From the NCBI GenBank assembly GCA_963790025.1, contig CAWBMP010000005.1, positions 224,001 through 288,000 of the forward strand: a stretch of DNA of 64,000 nt, read 5' to 3'. The translations under genes and the position numbers were made by a program. Below are positions 50,744 through 60,105 of this stretch, piece after piece. The notes under the pieces are model-generated. The model did not search any database. It was given only the letters and a program-made list of their open reading frames with translations, and was not told the origin of the DNA. Each line of letters begins with the position of its first letter. The first letter of the stretch is position 1. Source of the stretch: Nitrospirota bacterium (GTDB lineage: Bacteria > Nitrospirota > Thermodesulfovibrionia > Thermodesulfovibrionales > Dissulfurispiraceae).

Positions 50744-51949
50744 TTATTGTGGTACAGGGCAGCGTGGGATTTCTGCCTGCTCCTTTCTTACCGGCATATA
50801 CCACAGCCAGCCGTCCACTATCATCAGTATACCTGCAGCAATTAAAAAAGCGTCGATGGCTGTCAGAATGCTGAAGCCGAAATAGTGCATGAGACCCAAC
50901 CCCAGGCTGGCAAAGGAAACTCCGGTCCTGATAAAGGCGAGTCCGGTCCTCGCCCTGGCATATAAAGTACGATAGCATGCGGCAACTGTACGTTGTGCGG
51001 CCAGAACGTTTCTTTCCCGCGCAAGATGGGTCCGTTCCCTGCTGGAAGGCGACGGATACAAAATAGTGCAGTGATCCGCAAGAAAATCGCCGAGACGGGC
51101 AAGCATAGTCTGCCCTGCCGGCAGATGAGTTCCGGGTTGGTCAATAAAATGATAGTTCTCAAGAAACTGGATCGTTGCCGCCGTTACTTCGACAAGCGTC
51201 TGGTCTCCGGGCGGCTTCATCCTTGACTTCCTTATTTTCAAATAACCGGTCAACCCGAAAAGAGCAAGAAAAAACCCTCCGGCCATAACACCATATAAAT
51301 AAAAAACACGACTCGATTTAAAAGAACGAATCAGTATATCAGATACAGCAATAAGCCGCAATCCCCATCTGAGGAAAGAAAAGTCAGTCCTGGCCATTGC
51401 CAGGTCGGTCCTGTAGCACGCCAGCCGCGTCCTCCATTGCGCCATAGTATTGCGCCAAAATGCAAGTCCTGTCCTTTCGGTCCCGATAAGATAACCTGGT
51501 TTTTCATGCAGAAAGTCCTGGATGAACCATTGTATGTCCTCTCCAAGCGCCACCCAGAATTCATATTTTTCAGCTTTAATAAACTTTTTTACCTCATCAT
51601 GCACTGTGGGGTCTGACGGATTATTCGCAGCCACAACCACCGTATTGCCGTCTCTAATGATCGGAAACCACTGATTTATCGACAGTCGTTCACCATCCAA
51701 ACCTGCGAGCAGTTCCGGCGGTATCGGCATTCGCTCATCATATTCCACAAAAGGGCACTGGTAATAATTTGAAAGTGCCTGCAGCAGAATATGCTTTGGG
51801 ATGCGATACTCCGCGATAAGTACACTTTCCAGATCGATACCTCTGGCGGAAGCGGCACGCTCGGCTTCACAAAGTCTGTCCCGGGTCAGTACGCCCCAAC
51901 TGATCAGGTCATTAAACTTATTGGAAGCGATACTATCAACGCTCATCAT
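50744..51949 (-). CDS. MshEN-like domain plus two DUF202-like membrane modules
   Basis: N-terminal LISWGVLT...L...CPFVEY...WFP; two ERTxLAxxR heptad runs, each followed by a TM hairpin; start overlaps the upstream stop. Confidence 0.72.
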   Translation of the reverse strand: MMSVDSIASNKFNDLISWGVLTRDRLCEAERAASARGIDLESVLIAEYRIPKHILLQALSNYYQCPFVEYDERMPIPPELLAGLDGERLSINQWFPIIRDGNTVVVAANNPSDPTVHDEVKKFIKAEKYEFWVALGEDIQWFIQDFLHEKPGYLIGTERTGLAFWRNTMAQWRTRLACYRTDLAMARTDFSFLRWGLRLIAVSDILIRSFKSSRVFYLYGVMAGGFFLALFGLTGYLKIRKSRMKPPGDQTLVEVTAATIQFLENYHFIDQPGTHLPAGQTMLARLGDFLADHCTILYPSPSSRERTHLARERNVLAAQRTVAACYRTLYARARTGLAFIRTGVSFASLGLGLMHYFGFSILTAIDAFLIAAGILMIVDGWLWYMPVRKEQAEIPRCPVPQ

Positions 51950-53642
51950 TACTGAAGACCACCTTTTTCCACGAACGGGCCGGTATGCCGTAATCAGGGA
52001 TAATAAGCTCCATCTGTCCATAACAATACGGGTACTGCTTTCTTATTTTTTCTGCCGGAAAATGCCAGTAAAACCCATCGGCAATCAGTGTCAATCCAAC
52101 CACTATCAGCAACATGTTAAATATAGACCATGCAGCATTGCCCGCACCAAAGAAAACCATGAGTTCCATGCCGACGGCAGTTATGCCTACTCCTGTTCTG
52201 ATAAAAGCCAGTCCGGTCCTTGACCGTGCCATTACTGTCCGCAGTCGCGCCATCACATTTCTCCGGTCGGCGAGCATGGTCCTTTCGAGAGCAAGCCCTG
52301 TAGTAGCCCATATACCCGGTGCATGGGACGGCCTGACAGGCGGAACACACTTGTAATCCGAAGCGGGATGTTTTAACGCCGGAGGAAAAACAAAATCCCA
52401 AATAGTCTGTTTAGTCTGCGTATTCCTGACTGCATTAAAACTTATAGAACCGGCACGGCGGCCCGGGAGATACCAGTAAAAACCCTCTGCAGCCATGGCA
52501 ATACCGCTAATAATAAGAGCGACATCAAAGAAAGTCCACGGTCCTGGACGGAACTGACGCAATAACCCAATACCGAATCCTATAAAGGCAACACCTGTCC
52601 TCGAAAAAGCCAATCCGGTGCGCGCCCTTGCCATTTTTGTTCTGTAGCATGCCAGCACAGTCCTCTCCTCGGCAAAGTCCGTTCTATCGCTGGCAAGGAA
52701 CCTGCGTCTCATAACCGGGGAGAGGTTGTTCCAGTACGAACGCAGGACTGCCGCATCTTGCACATAGCCGGTACGTTCAAAGAGAGGATTGTCACCAGGA
52801 TTCACGACTTTAAGAACAGTGGTCCCCCATGTCGCTTCAGTACCTCCGAAATCATATAATTTTCTCCCTGATTTTCGGGTAGGGATATACCACCGCAGGC
52901 CGTCGACGGTCATAACCACGCCTGAAATGAACAGTGCCGCTTCAAATACCGTTAATAGCCCTATACCTAAAATTCTGAAAAGCACGATAGCGACCGCCAT
53001 AAAAGATATCCCGGTCCGGAGAAAGGCCAGTCCGGTCCTTCCTTTTGCCAGGGACGTTCTGGTACATGCCAGCAAAGAGCGCCTGTCCGCCAGAAATGTT
53101 CTCACTTTTGCAAGGGGCGTCCTGCCTGCCGCTGGGGGGAAATGAGGATTGACATCAAAGTTGTGTTCTATGATCCTTACAACGTCTGAAGGCAGAGCAA
53201 TAACGAAATGGATATTCTCAACTCGAAGTTTATCTTTAATGTCCTGAATTACATCAGGGTCGGAAGGATCATATACAATCACTTCGGCCTGCATTCCCCC
53301 GACGTAATAGGGAAACCAGAGTTTGCGTTTCAGGTCCTCCATATTCAGACGCATGGTAATAAAATAGGAAGACAAGCCGCTCTCATCATATTCTATAAAA
53401 GGGAAATCGAGATGCCTGGTGAATGCCATCCGGGAAGGTATCACAGTCTCGTCGTATTCGACAAAAGGACACATGTAAAATTCGGAAAGGCAGAACAATA
53501 TCTCGTGTTTGGGAACTCCCTTTTCAATCAAACATTCCTCAGGATACTTTCCCGCAGCAAATGAATCCCTTATGCAGTTATCCAGTTCATTTTCGGTGAG
53601 GATGCCTCTTCTTATAAGCCGTTCAAATTTATTGTTTAACAT
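51936..53642 (-). CDS. MshEN-like domain plus three DUF202-like membrane modules
   Basis: LIRRGILTENEL; three RTxLAxx heptad runs ending RTG plus TM hairpins; close paralogue of 53731-55374. Confidence 0.75.
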   Translation of the reverse strand: MLNNKFERLIRRGILTENELDNCIRDSFAAGKYPEECLIEKGVPKHEILFCLSEFYMCPFVEYDETVIPSRMAFTRHLDFPFIEYDESGLSSYFITMRLNMEDLKRKLWFPYYVGGMQAEVIVYDPSDPDVIQDIKDKLRVENIHFVIALPSDVVRIIEHNFDVNPHFPPAAGRTPLAKVRTFLADRRSLLACTRTSLAKGRTGLAFLRTGISFMAVAIVLFRILGIGLLTVFEAALFISGVVMTVDGLRWYIPTRKSGRKLYDFGGTEATWGTTVLKVVNPGDNPLFERTGYVQDAAVLRSYWNNLSPVMRRRFLASDRTDFAEERTVLACYRTKMARARTGLAFSRTGVAFIGFGIGLLRQFRPGPWTFFDVALIISGIAMAAEGFYWYLPGRRAGSISFNAVRNTQTKQTIWDFVFPPALKHPASDYKCVPPVRPSHAPGIWATTGLALERTMLADRRNVMARLRTVMARSRTGLAFIRTGVGITAVGMELMVFFGAGNAAWSIFNMLLIVVGLTLIADGFYWHFPAEKIRKQYPYCYGQMELIIPDYGIPARSWKKVVFSNDER

Positions 53643-53730
53643 AGTATATAAAGCCCAGAAACTTCATTATTATAAATTATAGCCATATTAATAATAAAAT
53701 TTTTTCTCTTCCGGGCAAGGCTCCATATTT

Positions 53731-55374
53731 TTAGCCGCTCTCATCGGTCCTGAACACCACCTTTTTCCATAAACGGGCCGGTTTGCCATAATCAGGTATT
53801 ATAAGTTCCATGTCTCCATAGCAGTAGGGGTACTGCTTTCTTATTTTCTCGGCTGGGATGTGCCAATAGAAACCATCAGCAATAAGAGCCAATCCAACCA
53901 CTATCAATAATATGTTGAATATCGTCCACGCGATATTGCCGGCACCGAAATAAACAAGGAGTTCCGTTCCTACCGCAGATACGCCTACCCCGGTTCTGAC
54001 CAGCGCCAGACCGGTCCTTGACCGGGTCATTACCGTTCGCAGCCTTAACATTACGTTTCTCCTGTCGGCAAGCATAGTCCTCTCAAGAGCAAGGCCCGTA
54101 GTAGCCCAGATCCCCGGCTCACTGGACGGCCTGACGTTCAGAACGCACTTGTAGTCAGAACCTGGTTGCTTTAGCGCATGAGGAAAGGCAAGGTCCCATA
54201 TATTCTGTTTACCCTCTGATTTGCGGACCGACTTGAAGCTCATCGAACCGGCACGGCGGCCCGGAAAATACCAGTAAAAGCCCTCTGCCGCCATTGCGAG
54301 GCCCACAGCGACAAGCGCTGCATCAAAAAAAGTCCAGGGACCGGGACGGAACTGGCGTAATAGCGCAATGCCGAACCCGATAAAGACAATTCCAGTCCTT
54401 GCAAATGCCAACCCTGTGCGCGCCCTCGCCATTGTTGTCCATAAGCACACGTGCGTCGTCCTTTCCTCGGCAAAATCGGTCCTGTCGCTCGAAAAAAACC
54501 TGCGCCGCATTACCGGAGACAGATTGTTCCATCGGGAACGCAACAACGCCGCACCTTCCACGTGACCTGTTCGTGTAAAAAGAGGGTCGTCACCGGGGTC
54601 CGTCATTTTAAGGACAGTAGTTCCCCAAGTCGGTTCAGTTGCAGTAAAATCAAAAACTCTTCTCCCTGTTTTTCGTGCGGGGATATACCATAAAAGGCCG
54701 TCATAAATCATGAGTATGCCCGAAATGAACAATGCCCCTTCAAAAAAAACCGAAAGCCCCATACCGAAAACCCTGAAAAGAACAACCGCGATGGCCATAA
54801 AAGCCATACCGGTGCGTATAAAGGCCAGTCCGGTCCTCCCTTTTGCCAGGGACGTCCTGGTACAAGTCATCAAAGAGCGCCTGTCAGCCAGAAATGTCCT
54901 CACTTTCGCCAGAGGCGTCCTGCCGGCTGAGAATGGGAAATGAGGATTCACATCAAAGTTGTGTTCGATAATCCGAATAAGGTCCGAAGGCAGAGCAACA
55001 ATAAAATTGACCTCCCGAACTCCAAGTGTGGCTTCGACATCCTCCATGACATCAGGGTCGAAAGGATGACACGCAATAACCTCGGCACGGCCTTTGCTGA
55101 CGGCGAGAGGAAACCAGAGATTTCGTTTGAGTTTCTCCATATTGAGACGCCTGGTGAGAAAAAAAGAGGCGATGACGCTCTCATCATATTCGACAAAAGG
55201 ACAACTATAGAACTCAGTCAGCGAGAACAATATCTCGTGTTTCGGGACACCCCTTTCAATCAGCCATTCTTCAAGAAGCCTACCTGCCGCTGCGGACTCT
55301 CTGATATTTTCATCCAATTCCTTTTCGGTGAGAATACCATTTTTTAAAAGTCTCTCGAATTTGTTTTTTAACAT
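53731..55374 (-). CDS. MshEN-like domain plus three DUF202-like membrane modules
   Basis: LLKNGILTEKEL; three heptad runs plus TM hairpins; no ATPase motifs. Confidence 0.75.
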   Translation of the reverse strand: MLKNKFERLLKNGILTEKELDENIRESAAAGRLLEEWLIERGVPKHEILFSLTEFYSCPFVEYDESVIASFFLTRRLNMEKLKRNLWFPLAVSKGRAEVIACHPFDPDVMEDVEATLGVREVNFIVALPSDLIRIIEHNFDVNPHFPFSAGRTPLAKVRTFLADRRSLMTCTRTSLAKGRTGLAFIRTGMAFMAIAVVLFRVFGMGLSVFFEGALFISGILMIYDGLLWYIPARKTGRRVFDFTATEPTWGTTVLKMTDPGDDPLFTRTGHVEGAALLRSRWNNLSPVMRRRFFSSDRTDFAEERTTHVCLWTTMARARTGLAFARTGIVFIGFGIALLRQFRPGPWTFFDAALVAVGLAMAAEGFYWYFPGRRAGSMSFKSVRKSEGKQNIWDLAFPHALKQPGSDYKCVLNVRPSSEPGIWATTGLALERTMLADRRNVMLRLRTVMTRSRTGLALVRTGVGVSAVGTELLVYFGAGNIAWTIFNILLIVVGLALIADGFYWHIPAEKIRKQYPYCYGDMELIIPDYGKPARLWKKVVFRTDESG

Positions 55375-55512
55375 AATAATTAATGATTAATGATAATTAA
55401 TGCGTCAGGCAGCGCGCGTTGAATGTCGCGCGCTGCGGTACTTGACAACAACCTGTAATATGTTTTATACAAATTATATAGTTTAAGAGCTTAATAAAGA
55501 AAATTGATATAT

Positions 55513-55911
55513 ATGGATTTTAGCAAAAAACGTATTTTTTGTCTGCTTTTCCTCGCCTGCTTCATTATTTATGCGTTATCAACCGCTGTCTGTTATATTT
55601 ACAGCGGCAAGACCGTTGTACCTGTTCCCCTTCCCTGCAGTTTTGCCAGGAAGTTTGTCGGCCATGGGACCGTCAATCCGTTTGAAAAAAACAACCGCGG
55701 CGTTGACATTATTGTGCACATTGTGCGAACTCTTGTTCCGGAAGACAGCATTGCAAAATTATCGTATTTAAAAAAGACACCTGTGTCCAAAAGCTGTTTT
55801 TCGATGCGTTCAATGCAGTCTTCTTTTTATTCTGGAATTTCACCATTTGGGAAAGTCCCGGCCACCGGTTTCCGGTTCTTATGTTCGGGACTCTCTCCTC
55901 CATCAGTTTAG
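55513..55911 (+). CDS. Hypothetical protein with N-terminal TM/signal and C-terminal SGLSPP
   Basis: Basic N-terminus plus hydrophobic helix; co-oriented upstream of HtrA. Confidence 0.55.
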   Translation: MDFSKKRIFCLLFLACFIIYALSTAVCYIYSGKTVVPVPLPCSFARKFVGHGTVNPFEKNNRGVDIIVHIVRTLVPEDSIAKLSYLKKTPVSKSCFSMRSMQSSFYSGISPFGKVPATGFRFLCSGLSPPSV

Positions 55912-56069
55912 TTTTCCTTTCGAAAACATTTATGCCTGCATAGTCTGATCCCCGAACGGAGTGGGATCGGTCTTTGCTCTTTCAGCGTTGAAAAAACGAC
56001 AATCCGTGTCCTTGTTGAAAGAAATGACACTGTCCGACTTTTCACATGGGCACTTAAAGAGGAGGTAAT

Positions 56070-57533
56070 ATGTGCAGATCAAAAAAAGATATGACTAAGA
56101 TGTGTCCGACTGTGCTTGTCGTATGGGCGACCGTTGCGGCGGTCCTGTGTTTTCAGGTGAATACATACGCGGACGGACCGGCAATATCGCGGCAATCCAT
56201 TGACTTGCTTTCGAGAGAGAGCCATGCCAGGGCGGAAGTGGCCGCTGCCGTGAAGCCCGCAGTTGTGAATGTCTCGACTACGAAGACCGTGAAATCGGGG
56301 CAGACGATCAATCCTTTTCTGAACGACCCATTCTTCAGACAGTTCTTCGGCAACGGGCCTTTCGAGCATCCAAAGGAGCACAAGCAGGCGAGTCTCGGCT
56401 CGGGCGTCATTGTGGATGCCGACGGATATATATTGACGAATAATCATGTGATAAAGGACGCTGACCAGATAAAAATAAAACTTGCGGATAAGCGGGAATT
56501 CAACGGCAGGGTCATAGGGACTGACCCTAAAACCGACCTTGCCGTGGTCAAGATTAATGCGACGCATCTTCCTTTCCTGAAGTGGGGTGACTCGGACAAA
56601 CTGGAGGTTGGCGATACCGTACTGGCAGTCGGCAATCCTTACGGTCTGAACCAGACGGTAACGTCCGGGATTGTCAGCGCGACGGGCAGGGCCAATGTCG
56701 GCATAGCTGATTACGAAGACTTCATACAGACAGACGCGCCTATTAATCCCGGGAATTCAGGGGGCGCTCTGGTCAATGTGAGGGGCGAACTCGTCGGGAT
56801 CAACACCGCCATATTCAGTACATCCGGCGGCTACCAGGGGATTGGATTTGCGATCCCGGGAAGCATGGCAAAAGTAGTGATGAGAGGTCTGATCAGGAAC
56901 GGAAAGATTGTCAGGGGATGGTTGGGTGTCTCCATTCAGGCTGTTACCCCTGAACTGGCCGGGCAGTTCGGACTTAAGGATGAAAAAGGCGCGCTCGTAG
57001 CTGATATTGCAGAGAAAAGCCCGGCAGAAATGGCTGGAATTAAGCGGGCGGACTTGATCATTAAATATGACGGGAAAGAGGTGAGCGACCCGTCGAACCT
57101 GAGAAATATGGTTGCAAGCACTCCCCCGAACAAAGACGTTGCGATACAGCTTATCCGGGCAGGCAAGGTCCTGACGGTGAGGGCCGTGATTCTTGAGATG
57201 CCGGCTGAGATGCAAAAACCCTTGCAGTCATCCTCTGCTGCGTCCAATAACGTTTTCAAAGGAGTCCAGGTACAGGATATCACGCCTGAATTAAGGAAGG
57301 AGCTTAATATCCCGAACCGGATAACCGGCGTAATCGTCTCGGACGCGCAAGAAGGAAGCCTTGCGGGAAATGTCCTGATGCGCAAAGATATCATCCTTGA
57401 AATCAACAGGAACAGGATAGAGAGCGTCAGGGATTACGAGGCAATGGCATCGAAGATCGAACACGGCCGGAATGTTCTCTTACTGGTTTACAGGAACGGG
57501 TCAACTTTTTATGTTGCCTTGCCTGCAAAATAA
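56070..57533 (+). CDS. Do/DegP-family HtrA serine endoprotease with two PDZ domains
   Basis: TNNHV, DLAV, QTDAPINPGNSGG; GAGGAGG RBS; signal peptide. Confidence 0.93.
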   Translation: MCRSKKDMTKMCPTVLVVWATVAAVLCFQVNTYADGPAISRQSIDLLSRESHARAEVAAAVKPAVVNVSTTKTVKSGQTINPFLNDPFFRQFFGNGPFEHPKEHKQASLGSGVIVDADGYILTNNHVIKDADQIKIKLADKREFNGRVIGTDPKTDLAVVKINATHLPFLKWGDSDKLEVGDTVLAVGNPYGLNQTVTSGIVSATGRANVGIADYEDFIQTDAPINPGNSGGALVNVRGELVGINTAIFSTSGGYQGIGFAIPGSMAKVVMRGLIRNGKIVRGWLGVSIQAVTPELAGQFGLKDEKGALVADIAEKSPAEMAGIKRADLIIKYDGKEVSDPSNLRNMVASTPPNKDVAIQLIRAGKVLTVRAVILEMPAEMQKPLQSSSAASNNVFKGVQVQDITPELRKELNIPNRITGVIVSDAQEGSLAGNVLMRKDIILEINRNRIESVRDYEAMASKIEHGRNVLLLVYRNGSTFYVALPAK

Positions 57534-57575
57534 CATAGGATATTGCAGCACTTATCGTGTTTACGGCCCAAATCC

Positions 57576-57611
57576 TCCTCGCTCCTTTCCTCATTTAAGG
57601 GGGAGCGAGGA
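57576..57611. repeat. REP-like or terminator hairpin
   Basis: TCCTCGCTCC / GGAGCGAGGA 10-bp stem. Confidence 0.5.
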
Positions 57612-57704
57612 TGGGTTGTGGATGAAGTTTTTTAAAAAGCGCGGTAAAATATATTAAGAAGTTGCGAATATTTGAAACGTATATATGTTTGAGGCTGCAA
57701 GATA

Positions 57705-59258
57705 ATGAAAGATAACTTTAGTTTTTTGCGGGCAAATCTTTCCTCAAGTCCGAACTTGAAATGGTTCATTTTATCAACCGTCCTGATGGGCGCTGCCATG
57801 TCGGCCCTGGATGTAAGCATCGTTAACATAGCAATGCCCACCCTGAAAACCACTTTTAACGTATCAATGGCGGTAATAGAGTGGATAGCTATCGCTTACA
57901 CGCTTGCGCTGACTGTTTTCCTGCCTCTGTTTGGCAGGCTGGCTGACATGTTCGGCAGGTCAAAACTCTATAACATCGGTTTTGTAGTCTTTTCAGCTGG
58001 TTCTTTACTCTGCGGAATGTCACCCACCGCGAGCTTTATGATAGCATCCCGGGTCATCCAGGCAATAGGGGCAGGACTTCTACAGGCCAACTCTGTTGCA
58101 CTTATCACGCATGCCTTTCCAGCCTACGAGCGGGGCAGGGCAATCGGCATTCAGGGAGCTGTTCAGGCAATTTCAATGGCTTTGGGTCCGTTTGTAGGGG
58201 GCATTCTGATAGCAACAGTGGGCTGGCGCGCCATTTTCTATATAAATATTCCGATTGGTTTGCTTGGTACCATGGCGGCCCTACTGGTCTTGCCTGCTGA
58301 CCAGCCGATCAAAGAGAAGCAGAAGATAGATTATCCGGGGGCCGTTTTTTTTGCCTCCGGGCTTGCTCTGCTGATGCTGGCTCTCAACGAGGCCGTCAGA
58401 CTTGGCTGGACCTCGCACACTATTATTACATACTTCTTTTCCGGCATCATTTTATTTTTCCTTTTCGTCATTACTGAGTTGAAGGTTGAGCAGCCGCTGA
58501 TCAATCTCGGTCTCTTCAGGCATCCCACTTTTCTCATAGGGAACCTGACAGGCATGCTGTCCTATTTCGTATTGTTCACCGTTTTGTTCCTGATGCCCTT
58601 TTATTTGGAAAAGGTATTGGGTTTCAACGCCGTTCTCACCGGCAGTCTGCTAACCCCTATTCCGCTTGCCATGATGGTGGTGGCCCCATTCTCCGGTCAT
58701 ATTTCCGATAAATATGGGCCGAGGATAATGACTACAACGGGGATGTTCATATCGGCCCTTGCCTGCCTGTCGCTTGTATTCACCGGGCAATCGGTCAGCA
58801 TGCCTCTGCTGATAGCCGAATTGATATGCCTCGGAATCGGAATAGGATTGTTCACGCCGTCGAACAACAGCGCCATAATGAGCTCGGCCCCTAAAGATAA
58901 ATGGGGTGTGGCCGGCGGTCTTCTGAACATGATGCGCTCCCTGGGACTTATCCTGGGAGTGAACATCTCCGGTCTCATATTTACCTCAATGGAGCACCGC
59001 TATCTGGCAGAAAAAGGATACCCTAACGTGCAGCACGTGTTCAGCAATAGCAGCATTCCTTTGCTGATTAAAGACAATGCCTTCATGCACGGTTTCATCT
59101 TCGTCATGGTAGTTCTTCTTCTCCTCAATCTCTTTTCGCTCTTCTTTGCGGCGACTAACAAGAACTGGGTTGTGCTCGTTCGGAAGCGGGCTGTGTTGCA
59201 AAGTAAAAGGGATAAGTGGAGGAGACATAAAACAGGCCGACCCGACATAGAGGAATAG
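57705..59258 (+). CDS. MFS transporter, DHA2 family
   Basis: LDVSIVNIAMP, GRLADMFGR, GPFVGG, WRAIFYINIPIG. Confidence 0.92.
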   Translation: MKDNFSFLRANLSSSPNLKWFILSTVLMGAAMSALDVSIVNIAMPTLKTTFNVSMAVIEWIAIAYTLALTVFLPLFGRLADMFGRSKLYNIGFVVFSAGSLLCGMSPTASFMIASRVIQAIGAGLLQANSVALITHAFPAYERGRAIGIQGAVQAISMALGPFVGGILIATVGWRAIFYINIPIGLLGTMAALLVLPADQPIKEKQKIDYPGAVFFASGLALLMLALNEAVRLGWTSHTIITYFFSGIILFFLFVITELKVEQPLINLGLFRHPTFLIGNLTGMLSYFVLFTVLFLMPFYLEKVLGFNAVLTGSLLTPIPLAMMVVAPFSGHISDKYGPRIMTTTGMFISALACLSLVFTGQSVSMPLLIAELICLGIGIGLFTPSNNSAIMSSAPKDKWGVAGGLLNMMRSLGLILGVNISGLIFTSMEHRYLAEKGYPNVQHVFSNSSIPLLIKDNAFMHGFIFVMVVLLLLNLFSLFFAATNKNWVVLVRKRAVLQSKRDKWRRHKTGRPDIEE

Positions 59259-59374
59259 CCGGAAGAAAAGGCGCAGGCGTTCCGGTCCCGGAAAAATGAA
59301 AAGACGCAAGCGGTGTGGTAGAATGATCTGACACACCGGCAACTTTACACGGACACTTGAGTTTTAGGAATGCC

Positions 59375-60094
59375 ATGAAGATAGCATGCAGAACAGATAA
59401 AGGCAGAAAGCGCGAGATGAACCAGGATATGGTATTGGCAGACACGGAAAGAGGGCTGGTCCTTCTTGCCGACGGTATAGGGGGTTGCCATATTGGAGGT
59501 GAGGTGGCCAGTGAACTTGCAGTAAAAGAGGCCTATGCCTATCTCGAAGACAAGGTTGATCATACTCCATGTGAGACTGCAGACCCTGTGCTTCTTTCTG
59601 AAGCAGTTGTCCATGCACACAAGATTATACGGGAAAAAGCCCGGTCGGAAAAGGAATGCGCAGGCATGGGGACAACTCTTGTCATCCTGCTGATGAGGGG
59701 CAGAACGGCATACATCTGCCACGTCGGCGACAGCCGCGCTTATGTTATACGACAAAAAATATGTCAGATTACGGAGGACCAGACCTTCCAGAATTCCATT
59801 GATGAGGACCCGATAATCCGCAGTCTGTTCTTCCGGAAAAAGGCCCGTACACTTATGCAGGCAGTGGGGATATCGGGAGATCTGACTCCGGAATCGGTCC
59901 AGGTGGAACTCAAGTGTGGAGCTGTTCTTCTTCTCTGTTCCGACGGGCTTACGGATATGCTCTCCGATCAGGAGATTTTGGGGATCATTCACAGCAACAA
60001 CTTTGATCCCGACGCATCCGCGGACGCTCTTGTCTCTGAAGCAAATGAAAAGGGCGGTATTGACAACATCACCGTTGCACTGGTCTCGCTATAG
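59375..60094 (+). CDS. PP2C-family Ser/Thr protein phosphatase
   Basis: REMNQD, ADGIGG, MGTT, HVGDSRAY, CSDGL, DNIT. Confidence 0.92.
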   Translation: MKIACRTDKGRKREMNQDMVLADTERGLVLLADGIGGCHIGGEVASELAVKEAYAYLEDKVDHTPCETADPVLLSEAVVHAHKIIREKARSEKECAGMGTTLVILLMRGRTAYICHVGDSRAYVIRQKICQITEDQTFQNSIDEDPIIRSLFFRKKARTLMQAVGISGDLTPESVQVELKCGAVLLLCSDGLTDMLSDQEILGIIHSNNFDPDASADALVSEANEKGGIDNITVALVSL

Positions 60095-60105
60095 GACAAG
60101 GTTGA

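Noticed and set aside
50744..55374. PilB/GspE secretion ATPases
   Set aside because: Only the N-terminal domain resembles them; no Walker A/B motifs and no pilus or secretion genes
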